In this document: positions 41,865 through 53,671 of the stretch, one piece after another
How the letters are laid out: every line of letters starts with the position of its first letter
How positions within the stretch are numbered: the first letter of the stretch is position 1
Assembly (NCBI GenBank): GCA_963845245.1
Contig: CAWJRJ010000014.1
Span: 32,001 to 96,000, forward strand
Source of the DNA: Nitrospirota bacterium
GTDB taxonomy: Bacteria > Nitrospirota > JACRHJ01
Reading direction: 5' to 3'
Length of the DNA stretch: 64,000 nucleotides
The notes under the pieces: model-generated
Told to the model about the DNA's origin: nothing
The model's input: the letters and a program-made list of their open reading frames with translations, nothing else
Database searches by the model: none
Made by a program: the position numbers and the translations under genes

Positions 41865-42560
41865 CTACCGGGTGAACATATATCCGGTACCACGAACAGT
41901 CTTTATCCGTTCAAGGCCGTCCTGCCTGTTTCCAAGCTTCCTGCGCAAGCTGCTTACATGTACGTCCACGCTCCTGTCAAAGGGCGAGTAGCCGCGTCCC
42001 AAGGCATCATTTACTAAATCCTTGCGAGGCACCACCTTGCCTGCCGAGCGCATTAATACCTCCAAAATGTCAAACTCGACGGATGTTATCTCCACCGGGT
42101 TTCCTGAACGGCTGACTACCCGTGTCCCCTTGTCCAGTTCCATATCCCCAACGACAAGTCTCTCAGGGAGAGCAGATCCAGGATCTTCGCTGTTGGCCGG
42201 TTCGTACCTACGCTGGATTGCACGTATTCTTGCCACAAGTTCGCGCGGGTTAAACGGCTTGGGCAGGTAATCGTCAGCACCCATCTCAAGGCCGACGATC
42301 CTGTCCACATCGTCGCCACGCGCCGTCAACATGATAACCGGTATTTTCGAGCTCGCCCGTATCTGGCGCAGCACTTCAAACCCGCTCATGTCGGGAAGCA
42401 TTACATCAAGTACTACAAGAGAATATTCGCCAGAAAGCGCCAGTTCCAGGCCCTGTTTTGAGACGTTGGCCATCGCTACCTCAAATCCCTCTGGTTCGAG
42501 ATAGTCCTTGAGCAGTTCGCAAAGCTCTACGTCATCATCTATCACAAGCAGATTGTGCAC
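41865..42560 (-). CDS. CpxR-like OmpR-family response regulator
   Basis: IDDD, LDVMLP, GADDYLPKPF, FDRSVDVHVSSLRRKL, TVRGTGY; GTG start inferred. Confidence 0.92.
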   Translation of the reverse strand: MHNLLVIDDDVELCELLKDYLEPEGFEVAMANVSKQGLELALSGEYSLVVLDVMLPDMSGFEVLRQIRASSKIPVIMLTARGDDVDRIVGLEMGADDYLPKPFNPRELVARIRAIQRRYEPANSEDPGSALPERLVVGDMELDKGTRVVSRSGNPVEITSVEFDILEVLMRSAGKVVPRKDLVNDALGRGYSPFDRSVDVHVSSLRRKLGNRQDGLERIKTVRGTGYMFTR

Positions 42561-42633
42561 AGGTAGGCCATCCCTCTTTATGTTTACATTTATCATTACG
42601 CTTATATTCTATCAGAATAAACACCCGCATGTT

Positions 42634-42678
42634 GTAAAGAGTTGTAAAGAAACGTTAAGCCTGTTTACATATATTTAC
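42634..42678. promoter_or_regulatory. two CpxR boxes in opposite orientation
   Basis: GTAAA-N5-GTAAA at 42634-42648 and TTTAC-N5-TTTAC at 42664-42678. Confidence 0.75.
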
Positions 42679-42869
42679 CATTATTTGTCAACACTTAACC
42701 CCATTTTTACATGGTGCCTGATACACTCCTGATCAAGGTAGCATAAACCGTATGAGGGTGCGATGGATGAACAGGAATACATGGGCAATGGAACACTGCG
42801 GCAGAGAGCCTCCAGGACAGGACTACGGTATCCTGGGCGAAGTTCATCATTCATAAAGAGGAGGAAAAA

Positions 42870-43190
42870 ATGAAGAAGTGGTATTCAATCCCAGTAGCGT
42901 TAGCGGCGTTTTGTCTGCCGCTGTTCATGGCCTCGGGATCTTTAGCCGACCCCCGGCCTGATGGCAGCCAAGTGGAGAGGCCCGAAAGAGGAGCCCCGTC
43001 GTTCCCGTTCGAGAATATAGAGGGCTTCAGCGAGCTGTCGGCGGAGGATCAGGCGTATATCAGAACAGAGGTAGAAAAACTTAAAGGGCTTCCCCGCGAA
43101 GAGTTTATGGAAAAACTCAAGGCATTGTTAGCGGAAAAGGGGTTGAAGCTTCCCGCGCCTCCTGAACCACCAGCGAGAGGGAATAATTAA
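42870..43190 (+). CDS. small secreted protein with one IEGFSELS.DQAYI helical repeat
   Basis: RBS GAGGAGG, signal peptide, repeat shared with the next gene. Confidence 0.8.
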   Translation: MKKWYSIPVALAAFCLPLFMASGSLADPRPDGSQVERPERGAPSFPFENIEGFSELSAEDQAYIRTEVEKLKGLPREEFMEKLKALLAEKGLKLPAPPEPPARGNN

Positions 43191-43270
43191 TGTCGGTTAT
43201 ATTATGGCCTGATACGCCCCCGGACAAATAGATAGAACCTAACCGAGAGTGTGAAGTAAGGAGATTGAAA

Positions 43271-43906
43271 ATGAAAAAGCGATTCTTTATCAGTGCAATA
43301 ATGACAGCGCTTGGTCTTCTGTTGTTTATGGCCTCAGCTTCGTTTGCAGAACCTGGTCACAATGGTAATCAGGCGGAGAAATGCTGCAAATGCGCGTCCT
43401 TTCCTCTTGACCGTATAGAGGGCTTCAGTGAGCTTTCAGTAAAGGATCAAGCATATATCAAGGCGGAACTTGAGAAGCTCAAAGGACTTCCTCCCGAGGA
43501 GTTTATCTATGAGTTCCAGGCCCTGCTTGACGAAAAGGGCTTAGAGCTACCGGAGCCGCCGGAGCCGGAATATGAGAGAGGCCCCGGGATGAGAAGATAC
43601 GATGAACGTCCTCTCCACGAAGGGCCTGGCAGAGAAGGGACGACGACGATGAATCACAGGATGGGCAGATTAGAAAGAGACGTTCTGTTTTCGCTTGAAA
43701 GCATAAAGGGCTTCCATGAGCTATCCGCGAAGGATCAGGCCTACATAAGGCGCGAGCTTGAAAAGCTTCTTAAAGAAAAGGGGCTGAGACTTCCAGCCCT
43801 GCGCGCGTATGAAGGTGAACCACGTCCTCCGTTTCCGGCAAGCGCCCGTAGTCGTCCGATGCCTCCGGAACCGTTCGATCCGGAAGGGGATACTGGCTCA
43901 AAATAA
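43271..43906 (+). CDS. secreted protein with two copies of the same repeat
   Basis: Signal peptide ASFA; IEGFSELSVKDQAYI and IKGFHELSAKDQAYI. Confidence 0.8.
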   Translation: MKKRFFISAIMTALGLLLFMASASFAEPGHNGNQAEKCCKCASFPLDRIEGFSELSVKDQAYIKAELEKLKGLPPEEFIYEFQALLDEKGLELPEPPEPEYERGPGMRRYDERPLHEGPGREGTTTMNHRMGRLERDVLFSLESIKGFHELSAKDQAYIRRELEKLLKEKGLRLPALRAYEGEPRPPFPASARSRPMPPEPFDPEGDTGSK

Positions 43907-44005
43907 TGGCACGGGCTGCGGCGGTTTTGGGATCCAGGGATTAACCGGTTACCAAAACCGTCGACCCTGCCTTGGCTGGCCAGCTTTCAAGAAGAGGAGA
44001 AGAGC

Positions 44006-44350
44006 ATGTATAACGAAATTTCCTGTAAGACATGCCGGGACAGACTGGCTTTATATTATTACAGAGAATTGGAACCTGCGGATGAAGCATGGGTCAGAGG
44101 ACACCTTGAATCCTGTACTTTATGTAGTACTGAAATGAACGAACTGGTCAAGGCCTTACAGGCTGTGGTTTTTATATTGAAGGCGTACGACGGGATGGAT
44201 ATCGAAAGCATAGCGGCCTTGTTTGGTATAAGCCCCGGCGCGGTGAAGTCGCATCTGGTTAGGGCTGTTGAAACCCTTAAAAAAGTTATGCATCAGCCCG
44301 GCGTACATGCGAAGGCCGCTTATATGCCGGATGGAGAAGATGAAAGATGA
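44006..44350 (+). CDS. chimera of an anti-sigma zinc-binding domain and an ECF sigma region 4 HTH
   Basis: C..CRDRL...HLESCTLC (HxxxCxxC) then VFILKAYDGMDIESIAALFGISPGAVKSHLVRA. Confidence 0.7.
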   Translation: MYNEISCKTCRDRLALYYYRELEPADEAWVRGHLESCTLCSTEMNELVKALQAVVFILKAYDGMDIESIAALFGISPGAVKSHLVRAVETLKKVMHQPGVHAKAAYMPDGEDER

Positions 44351-45708
44351 AAAGATTTATTTCGGTGGTTTTGCTTCTCATGGTTATGCTTGCCGGAGCC
44401 GGAGAAGCCCTTGCCAATGAAACAACAGCGATAGCACTTACAATAAGAGGCGCGATAGACATTGCCCTTAAAAACAATACCGACCTAAAACTATCCGCAA
44501 GCCAGGTCGACTTGTCGCAGGTTAACGTGTCGAAGGCTAAGGCGAACTTCTATCCTAACCTCGTCTTGAACTCATCGGCATCTATCAGTCAGGAAAAGGT
44601 GCTTTCAGGGAATTCGGCAAGTGGCACGTTCAGGTCGGCAAACGCCGCGCTTTCCTCAAACCTGAACCTCTTCAACGGGTTTGCGGATACGGCGTCTTAT
44701 GAAAGGTCAAAGATTGAACTTTCGGCGAATGGGGAAGGCCTTTCGCGCACGAAACAAACTGCGGTATTCGACACAATTTCAAAGTTTACACTGGTTCTAA
44801 CCGACCTGGAACTGATAAAGGTCCAGGAGGAAAATCTGGACGAGAACCGCGAGTTGCTTAAGAAAATCGAAGCGTTCAATAAGGCGGGGAGCCGCCCGGT
44901 CAGTGACCTCTATAAACAGCAGGCGGACACCATGCAGTCTGAGCTTGACCTGCTGGACGCGCGCAGGAACATGGAGGTGGACAGGCTTCTTCTGGCCCAA
45001 GTTATAGGTCTTGCGCCAAATACGGCATTCTCAGTGGTTTCTTCGGAACTTAACGATACTGACTTTGGTAAGAAAGATTACGATAAAGTACAGGTCCTTG
45101 AGGCAGCCATTGATAAAAGGCCGGATATAAGCCAGCAGAAAAATCTGATTAAAGCGGCGGGAAAACAGGTTACTGAAGCAAAGGCAGGCTATTACCCTGC
45201 GGTATCCCTTACTGGCAGCATAGGGCCAAGCTTCAGTGACCAGGCTGGCGGAGGCGCGGCAGGGCAGACCTCAAGCAGCAGTGCGAGCGCTTCCATCGGG
45301 ATTACTATGAGCGTGCCAATATTCGACAGGTTTGTCACAAAGAGTAATGTAGCACAGGCGGAAATAAGCTCACGGCAAAAAGACCTTGACCTTGAAAAAC
45401 TCGAAAGAGAGGTTGTGGTAGAGGTCGGCCAGACCGTAGAGGACTATAACACTGCTCGCAAACAGGTGGCTGTCGCGGAGGCGCAACTCAAATACGCGCA
45501 CGAGACGGTTGTTTCAACTGAGGCCAGGTATGGCGTTGGGGCCTCTACCCTCCTTGACCTTGCGGACGCCAGGGCGAAGTACGTTGAGGCAAAATACAAC
45601 CGCATAAAGGCCGGGTACAGCCTTATTATCAAAGCGGTGTCGGTGGAATATTACATGGGCGGCCTGGATAGCATGATTGCGCTGGTCGCAAGCTCGGAGG
45701 ATAGATGA
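44347..45708 (+). CDS. TolC family outer membrane efflux protein
   Basis: Signal peptide, AIDIALKNN, AKAGYYP, SVPIFD, RYGVGASTLLDL. Confidence 0.9.
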   Translation: MKRFISVVLLLMVMLAGAGEALANETTAIALTIRGAIDIALKNNTDLKLSASQVDLSQVNVSKAKANFYPNLVLNSSASISQEKVLSGNSASGTFRSANAALSSNLNLFNGFADTASYERSKIELSANGEGLSRTKQTAVFDTISKFTLVLTDLELIKVQEENLDENRELLKKIEAFNKAGSRPVSDLYKQQADTMQSELDLLDARRNMEVDRLLLAQVIGLAPNTAFSVVSSELNDTDFGKKDYDKVQVLEAAIDKRPDISQQKNLIKAAGKQVTEAKAGYYPAVSLTGSIGPSFSDQAGGGAAGQTSSSSASASIGITMSVPIFDRFVTKSNVAQAEISSRQKDLDLEKLEREVVVEVGQTVEDYNTARKQVAVAEAQLKYAHETVVSTEARYGVGASTLLDLADARAKYVEAKYNRIKAGYSLIIKAVSVEYYMGGLDSMIALVASSEDR

Positions 45709-46918
45709 AAATACCAGTAACTAAGAAAGTAATATACATGCTCCTTGTAGCGGGCCTTCTGCTTATCGCTTTGCTTGGCATGCATTATGTACACGGCCAC
45801 GCAAAGCAAAAAGGCCGATGACAACTCTTACCAGTTTGCCACGGTTACTCATGGCAAACTCGAACAGGTCATATCCAGCACCGGCACTATCGCGGCTGTG
45901 GGCACTGTCACTGTCGGTACGCAGATTTCGGGCACGATAGAAAAGGTTTTTGTAGATTACAACGACAAGGTGAAAAAGGGGCAGGTGCTTGCTGTACTCG
46001 ACAGGTCTCTTTACCAGGCGACAGTGGTGGATGCGGAGGCGACGCTCAAAAAAGCCAAAGCTGAATGCGCGCAGTCCGAGACTGAACTGGTAAGGCACAA
46101 GCCGCTCTATGAAAAGGGTTATATCTCGGAGCAAGAGTACCTTCCTTACGAGACGGACGTAGAGACCAAAAAGGCCACCGTCACATCTGCCGAGTCAGCA
46201 GTCAAGAGGGCAAGGACAAGCCTCGAATACACTGTAATACGTTCGCCAATTAACGGTACTGTCATATCAAGGAGTGTGGACAGTGGCCAAACCGTTGCGG
46301 CGAGCCTGAACACCCCGACCCTGTTCCAGATAGCCGAAGACCTCTCCAAGATGCAGATAGAGGTCAGCGTGGACGAAAGCGATATAGGGCAGGTCAGGCT
46401 TGGACAGGCTGTGCGGTTCACGGTGCAATCGTACCCGGACAATATGTTCTCAGGCACTGTCACACAGATACGCCTAAATCCGACAACAGTCCAAAACGTT
46501 GTGAACTACAAAATAATTGTCAAAGCGGCAAACGACGATGGGCTACTGCTACCGGGAATGACCGCAACCGCCGACTTCGTTGTCAAAACTGAAAAGGACG
46601 CGCTCCTAGTTCCAAACCAGGCGCTCGCGTTCAAACCGTTAGCCATAACCGGCGGCCAGGTGTCCTCCGGGAAGGAAACGGAAGCCAAGGATGACAAGGG
46701 TACACTGTACGTCTTGGACACAGACAACCGGATAAAGCCGGTGAAGGTCACGCCCGGAATATCTGATGGCACGATTACCGTAGTGCACGGAGAGATACAT
46801 GAAGGTAGATAAGGTAATAACCGGGGCCAAGACTGTAGAGACGGCTAAAAGCGGTAACCTGATGTCTAAAATTATGCCTAAACCGCCTAAAGGCGGGGCC
46901 GGGCCGGGAGGACAATAA
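45705..46918 (+). pseudogene. MacA-like periplasmic adaptor with two +1 frameshifts (~45770-45800 and ~46807)
   Basis: N-terminal TM MKIPVTKKVIYMLLVAGLLLIAL from ATG 45705 is out of frame with the body (VGTQISG, IRSPINGTV); C-terminus GDKVITG..GGQ* is shifted again. Confidence 0.8.
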
Positions 46919-47677
46919 ATGGATGCCATCGAATTAAGTGCAGTAAAAAAAGTTTTTAAGATGGGTGAAACGGAAGTGAGCGCTCTTCGTGGAGCTACGT
47001 TTAAAATATGCGCGGGCGAATTTGTAGCCATCATGGGGGCGTCCGGGTCCGGCAAGTCCACGCTCATGAATATACTTGGCTGTCTGGACAGGCCGACGTC
47101 GGGTGAATACATCCTGGACGGCATGGACGTAAGCGGCCTCGACGAATGGCAACTCGCGGATATACGTAATCAGAAGATAGGTTTCGTGTTCCAGGGCTTC
47201 AACCTTCTGGCCAGAACTTCCGCCATAGAAAACGTCGAACTCCCCCTTCTATACGACAGAAGCGGACGCATAAAAGACCCTGAGGCCAGAGCGCTTGAAA
47301 TGCTTGAACTGGTGGGCCTGGGTGGTAGGATACACCACGACCCGAACCAACTCTCCGGCGGCCAGCAGCAGCGTGTCGCAATCGCTAGGGCGCTTGTGAA
47401 CAGGCCCGCAATTCTCCTTGCCGACGAGCCTACCGGCAACTTGGACAGCCTGACAACCATTGAGGTTATGTCAGTCCTGCAGAAGCTTAACGACAATGGA
47501 ATAACCATAGTGATGGTTACGCATGAGCCGGATGTTTCGGTGTATGCTAAAAGAGTTGTCGTGATGCGTGACGGGGCGGTAATCAAAGACGGTCCGGTGA
47601 TGGGGCGCAAGGACGCGCTCGCGGACCTGACATCGGCGAAATTGGTTCGGGAAGAAGATGGGATATGCGTACCTTAG
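46919..47677 (+). CDS. MacB-type ABC transporter ATP-binding protein
   Basis: [27 protein letters not shown]. Confidence 0.93.
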   Translation: MDAIELSAVKKVFKMGETEVSALRGATFKICAGEFVAIMGASGSGKSTLMNILGCLDRPTSGEYILDGMDVSGLDEWQLADIRNQKIGFVFQGFNLLARTSAIENVELPLLYDRSGRIKDPEARALEMLELVGLGGRIHHDPNQLSGGQQQRVAIARALVNRPAILLADEPTGNLDSLTTIEVMSVLQKLNDNGITIVMVTHEPDVSVYAKRVVVMRDGAVIKDGPVMGRKDALADLTSAKLVREEDGICVP

Positions 47678-47699
47678 AATATAGAGAGGCAGGGCAACC

Positions 47700-48914
<1,215 letters not shown>

Positions 48915-48992
48915 TATTGAGATACTTCACAGTAAAAAGGGCTTGTATCTATGCTGCAAGCCCATGTCTTTTGACGTGCTGAAAGGAAAGCT

Positions 48993-49044
48993 TTGCGAAA
49001 GCCCCTATGCCTGCTATCATAACCGATTGATTTTCGGTGAATTT
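48993..49044. other. island B right arm: TTGCGAAAG site plus IHF consensus
   Basis: TTGCGAAAGCCCC at 48993; TAACCGATTGATT (reverse complement AATCAATCGGTTA = WATCAANNNNTTR) at 49020-49032; homologous to 61945-61998. Confidence 0.8.
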
Positions 49045-49223
49045 TGGCTGGGGGACAGGGATTCGAAACCTAAAAAGCCAGTTTCACCAAATACCCGATA
49101 ATCAAGTAAATATCAACACTTACAAACAGTTAAACCAGACTACCATCTGGATTCAGTCCGTTAAAGTACGACAAAATACAGCTAAAATTGACATGTATTG
49201 CGAAAGTTTTGCGAAAGTCCGGG
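49045..49223. repeat. island end repeat copy 2: tRNA-Gln core + arm region
   Basis: Near-identical to 39054-39232; TTGCGAAAG at 49198 and 49209. Confidence 0.95.
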
Positions 49224-49421
49224 TGCATATGTGGCGCATAAAGGTCTAAATGGTTTGTAAATGTTTTTTAGGGTATGGAGGACTATAGGGCGCGAGGATT
49301 TCTTCGTTAGTCATTTGAAAGAATAAAAGAATCATATGCGGGTTGTCAGTTATGTACTGGGCGCACCTCTTGGCAAGAATTCGAGCGTCATGGTGGTAGG
49401 ATTAGATTGTTTTAACAGGTA

Positions 49422-49709
49422 TCATCCGCCTTCAATAGGTCCACCCTCCTCCCAGATGGATTTGCTGGATAAATTTTCAAGAGACGATTTAGTCTGTTCG
49501 AGTAGCTCATAGTCCAGGTTCTCCCCTGTCGCTATCTTCTCGAATACTGCTTTTGCATATGGGTTTTTGGCGTTCCTGGCCATGTCGGTGAAAATATCGA
49601 AATCCTCTCTCTTCATTCCCATCGCTAAGTCCAAGGCGTCTATGTCCGATGTAGCCGAGTTGGCGAGTCTGGTGTGAACAGCACTCTTCTTTGCTCTTGA
49701 GGAGTTCAT
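49422..49709 (-). pseudogene. truncated/degenerate ferritin-like (rubrerythrin-family) C-terminal half
   Basis: DALDLAMGMKRE..F..A..AKAVFEKIATGENLDYELL resembles AL..A..E..Y..F..IA.EE..H with the ligands lost. Confidence 0.5.
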
Positions 49710-49921
49710 GATATTACCTCGCATCGGGTAAGCTAATCGTTTTTTAACAAACTCTTAATGAAAAAGATACCAAAGCCCACCCAATGTGTCAAGGTAACCA
49801 GCCCTCAGTTCCCATGCTCAAACTTGTAAAAAAGCCGGACCCATGATATCTTTTAAGTGAATCTACTTTTTATTGTTTTTATTTCCAATAAAGTGTTCGG
49901 CTCTTCGTCAGAGGTACCTGG

Positions 49922-51682
49922 ATGATTGAGTTCGAAACTATCAAAAAACCTCTACACTCCTTGGCCATCCGGCCGAATATGTTGAATTACGAGAAAACGT
50001 GCGCCGCCTTTTCATGGGAAGATATCCGCCGCGAACTCAGCGGACCGTCCGCCGGCAAGGGCTTGAACATTGCCCACGAGGCGGTGGACCGGCATGCCCT
50101 CGGTCCGCTTCGAGACCGGCTTGCCATCCGCTGGCTTGGCAGGGACGGCACCGTAAAGGACTTCACTTACGGCGACCTCATGGAGCAGACAAGCCGTTTT
50201 GCCAATGTGCTGAGAAATTTGGGAATTAAAAAGGGCGACATGGTTTTCGTCCTGGCGGGCCGTATCCCGGAGTTATACATCGCTGCGCTTGGCACACTCA
50301 AAAACGGGAGCGTCTTCTGTCCGCTTTTCTCGGCATTCGGCCCAGAGCCTATCTTCCAGCGCCTGACCAAGGGTGAGGCGAAGGTCATTGTAACTACCGA
50401 GCGACTATACAAGAAAAACGTCGAAATATTGCGGGAGCGCCTGCCGCAGCTTAAACATGTCCTCCTGACTGACGTAAAGGAAAACATTGCTGAGGACGTC
50501 AGGTCACTCCCTAAAATGATGGCCCAGGCTCCCGGCGAGTTTGAAATACCGTTTACTGACCCCGAGGACATGGCTGTCCTTCACTTCACCAGCGGCACGA
50601 CAGGGATGCCTAAAGGCGCGGCACATGTGCATAACGCCGTGCTTACCCATTACATGACAGGGAAATATGTGCTGGACTTCCATGACGGAGACATCTTCTG
50701 GTGCACTGCGGACCCTGGCTGGGTTACAGGCACATCGTACGGAATCATCGCCCCATTGACGCACGGAGTGACAAGCATCATCGACGAGTCTGATTTTGAC
50801 GCGGAGCGCTGGTGCCGAATCCTGGAAAAACAGAAGGTGACCGTCTGGTACACCGCACCCACGGCGATAAGGATGCTTATGCGCACGAATATCGTGCCTT
50901 GCCGCGAGTACGATATATGTTGCCTGCGCCTTGTCCACAGCGTCGGGGAGCCGCTCAACCCGGAAGCCGTTGTATGGGGGGAAAAGGCTCTCGGGATGCC
51001 CATACACGATAACTGGTGGCAGACGGAGACCGGCGGGATAATGATCTCCAACTATGCCTCGATGGAGATACGCCCCGGATCGATGGGCAGGCCCCTTCCT
51101 GGCATTGAGGCCGCGATAGTGCGTCGCCTTGACGGGGACAGGCTGGAAGTCATTGATACACCCGGCGTCGAGGGCGACCTTGCGCTCAAGCCGGGCTGGC
51201 CATCCATGTTCAGGGGATATCTGCACGACGAGGAACGATACAGGAAATGTTTCGTGGACGGATGGTACATTACGGGGGACCTTGCCAGGAAAGATGCCGA
51301 CGGCTACTTCTGGTTCGTTGGTCGAGCGGATGACATAATCAAGACCTCCGGCCACATGGTGGGGCCTTTTGAGGTGGAAAGCGCGCTGCTCGAACACCCG
51401 GCGGTGGCCGAAGCAGGCGTCATAGGAAAGCCTGACCCTGTGATTGGGGAAATAGTCAAGGCGTTCATAGCCCTCAAGCCCGGCTATGAACCATCCGAAA
51501 GTCTGCGGCTGGAACTCATCGGCTTTGGCCGCACCAAGCTCGGTTCGGCCGTGGCACCAAAGGAGATAGCGTTTATAGAGAACCTGCCAAGGACCAGAAG
51601 TGGCAAGATCATGCGGCGGCTACTCAAAGCACGCGAGCTTGGGTTGCCGGAAGGCGACATATCAACATTGGAGGCAGGCTGA
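49922..51682 (+). CDS. acsA: acetate--CoA ligase (acyl-CoA synthetase)
   Basis: [42 protein letters not shown]. Confidence 0.9.
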   Translation: MIEFETIKKPLHSLAIRPNMLNYEKTCAAFSWEDIRRELSGPSAGKGLNIAHEAVDRHALGPLRDRLAIRWLGRDGTVKDFTYGDLMEQTSRFANVLRNLGIKKGDMVFVLAGRIPELYIAALGTLKNGSVFCPLFSAFGPEPIFQRLTKGEAKVIVTTERLYKKNVEILRERLPQLKHVLLTDVKENIAEDVRSLPKMMAQAPGEFEIPFTDPEDMAVLHFTSGTTGMPKGAAHVHNAVLTHYMTGKYVLDFHDGDIFWCTADPGWVTGTSYGIIAPLTHGVTSIIDESDFDAERWCRILEKQKVTVWYTAPTAIRMLMRTNIVPCREYDICCLRLVHSVGEPLNPEAVVWGEKALGMPIHDNWWQTETGGIMISNYASMEIRPGSMGRPLPGIEAAIVRRLDGDRLEVIDTPGVEGDLALKPGWPSMFRGYLHDEERYRKCFVDGWYITGDLARKDADGYFWFVGRADDIIKTSGHMVGPFEVESALLEHPAVAEAGVIGKPDPVIGEIVKAFIALKPGYEPSESLRLELIGFGRTKLGSAVAPKEIAFIENLPRTRSGKIMRRLLKARELGLPEGDISTLEAG

Positions 51683-51686
51683 AACC

Positions 51687-52685
51687 ATGCCGGAACCCAA
51701 AATTTCAGCGATGAAGCTCGAAAGAGAACAAGGCCTTCGCCTGCTCAAAATGATGGTGCTTATCAGGCGGTTCGAGGATAAGTCGGCCGAGCTTTATACC
51801 GCTACGAAAATACGCGGCTTCATGCACCTGTATAACGGCGAGGAGGCCGTGGCCGTGGGGGTTATGGAGTCCCTGAGGCCCGAGGACGCCGTTGTGGCCA
51901 CCTACCGCGAGCACGGACAGGCCCTGGCTCGGGGCGTTAGCGCTGGCTCCATTATGGCCGAGATGTACGGCAAGCTGGAGGGCTGTTGCCGGGGCCGCGG
52001 CGGTTCCATGCACATATTTGACGCCAATACGCGGTTCTATGGCGGGAATGCGATCGTCGGAGGAGGTCTCCCGGTCGCGGTGGGGCTGGCCCTTGCGGAC
52101 AGGATGCAGGGTAGGCAGTTGGTAACGTGCTGCTTTTTCGGCGATGGCGGGGCTGCGGAGGGCGCGTTCCATGAGTCAATGAACCTGGCTGCTCTCTGGA
52201 AACTCCCGGTCTTCTTTGTCTGCGAGAACAATCTTTACGCAATGGGTACCAGGATAAATTTTGCCCATGCCGTCACGGACCTTGCCAGAAAAGCATGTTC
52301 CTACGACATCGCCTCGGCTTCTGTGGACGGTATGGATGTACTCGCCGTGGAGTCTGCGGCAAAAGAGGCGGCAGAATTTGTGAGGTCCGGGGAAGGCCCT
52401 TATTTCCTGGAATGCCGCACGTACCGGTTCAGAGCGCATTCTATGTTCGACGCGGAACTTTACAGGACCAAAGAGGAAGTCGAGGAATGGAAGAAGCGCG
52501 ACCCCATTGAAGGCCTGGCCATCCGGATGAGGGCGCAGGGGCTCCTCGAAGATTCCGACATGGAACAGATCGAACGGGAGGTGACCGACATAGTTGACAG
52601 GTCCGTGGCATTTGCGGAGTCTGGAACATTGGAGCCTGTGGAGGAACTGACACGTTTCGTTTACTCTGACCGGAGACCAGCATGA
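51687..52685 (+). CDS. pdhA: pyruvate (2-oxoacid) dehydrogenase E1 alpha
   Basis: [23 protein letters not shown] motif, [11 protein letters not shown]. Confidence 0.9.
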   Translation: MPEPKISAMKLEREQGLRLLKMMVLIRRFEDKSAELYTATKIRGFMHLYNGEEAVAVGVMESLRPEDAVVATYREHGQALARGVSAGSIMAEMYGKLEGCCRGRGGSMHIFDANTRFYGGNAIVGGGLPVAVGLALADRMQGRQLVTCCFFGDGGAAEGAFHESMNLAALWKLPVFFVCENNLYAMGTRINFAHAVTDLARKACSYDIASASVDGMDVLAVESAAKEAAEFVRSGEGPYFLECRTYRFRAHSMFDAELYRTKEEVEEWKKRDPIEGLAIRMRAQGLLEDSDMEQIEREVTDIVDRSVAFAESGTLEPVEELTRFVYSDRRPA

Positions 52686-53671
52686 ACGGCGGGGATACAG
52701 TCAAGATTACGTACCGTGAGGCCATGCGCGAGGCTATCCGGGAGGCGATGCAAAAGGACAGCCGCGTGTTCCTGATGGGCGAGGATGTCGGCCGCTACGG
52801 CGGGTGCTTCGCAGTGAGCAAGGGCCTGATGGGGGAGTTCGGCCCCGAGCGCATAAGGGATACCCCGTTATCGGAAAACGGTTTTGTCGGCGCGGGAATC
52901 GGCGCTGCAATGGGGGGTATGCGCCCGATAGTAGAGGTAATGACTGTCAACTTCAGCCTGCTGGCCCTGGACCAGATACTGAACAACGCCGCCACGTTCC
53001 TCCACATGTCGGGTGGCCTCTTCAACGTACCGCTCGTCATACGCATGGCGACCGGGGCGGGCAGGCAGCTGGCTGCTCAGCATGCGCACTCCCTTGAAGG
53101 CTGGTACGCACATATCCCAGGTATAAAGATCGTTACCCCCGCTACACTGGAAGACGCGCGCGGCATGCTTTGGACGGCTCTCGAGGACCCGGACCCTGTT
53201 ATCATATTCGAGAACAACACCCTCTACAACATGGAAGGTGAGCTTCCTGTGGACGCCGGCCCGGTCGATATCGACCATGCCCGTATCATCCGGCCGGGGC
53301 GCGACGTTACAGTCATCACATATGGCGCGAGCCTTTTCAAGGCGCTTGATGCGGCAGAAACCCTCTCTAAAGACGGGATCGAGGCAGAGGTTATAGACCT
53401 TCGCACGCTCAGGCCGCTTGACGATGATACATATCTGTCTTCAATATCCCGGACCCACCGCGCCGTAATCGTGGACGAGGGTTGGCGCACCGGCAGTATC
53501 TCGGCAGAGATAAGCGCGCGCATCATGGAGAAGGCATTTTACGAACTGGATGCCCCTGTCGAGAGAATATGCAGCGCCGAGGTCCCGATGCCTTATGCAA
53601 AACACATGGAACAGGCAGCACTTCCCCAGGTTGAGACGATAGTCGCCACTATAAAGAGGATGGTGCATTAA
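52682..53671 (+). CDS. pdhB: pyruvate (2-oxoacid) dehydrogenase E1 beta
   Basis: [24 protein letters not shown]. Confidence 0.9.
   Translation: MNGGDTVKITYREAMREAIREAMQKDSRVFLMGEDVGRYGGCFAVSKGLMGEFGPERIRDTPLSENGFVGAGIGAAMGGMRPIVEVMTVNFSLLALDQILNNAATFLHMSGGLFNVPLVIRMATGAGRQLAAQHAHSLEGWYAHIPGIKIVTPATLEDARGMLWTALEDPDPVIIFENNTLYNMEGELPVDAGPVDIDHARIIRPGRDVTVITYGASLFKALDAAETLSKDGIEAEVIDLRTLRPLDDDTYLSSISRTHRAVIVDEGWRTGSISAEISARIMEKAFYELDAPVERICSAEVPMPYAKHMEQAALPQVETIVATIKRMVH

Noticed and set aside
40377..43215. GCCTGATAC recurring at 40382, 42716 and 43207
   Set aside because: Only 9 bp; two copies are explicable by duplication of the repeat-protein gene leaders, too weak to call a regulatory site
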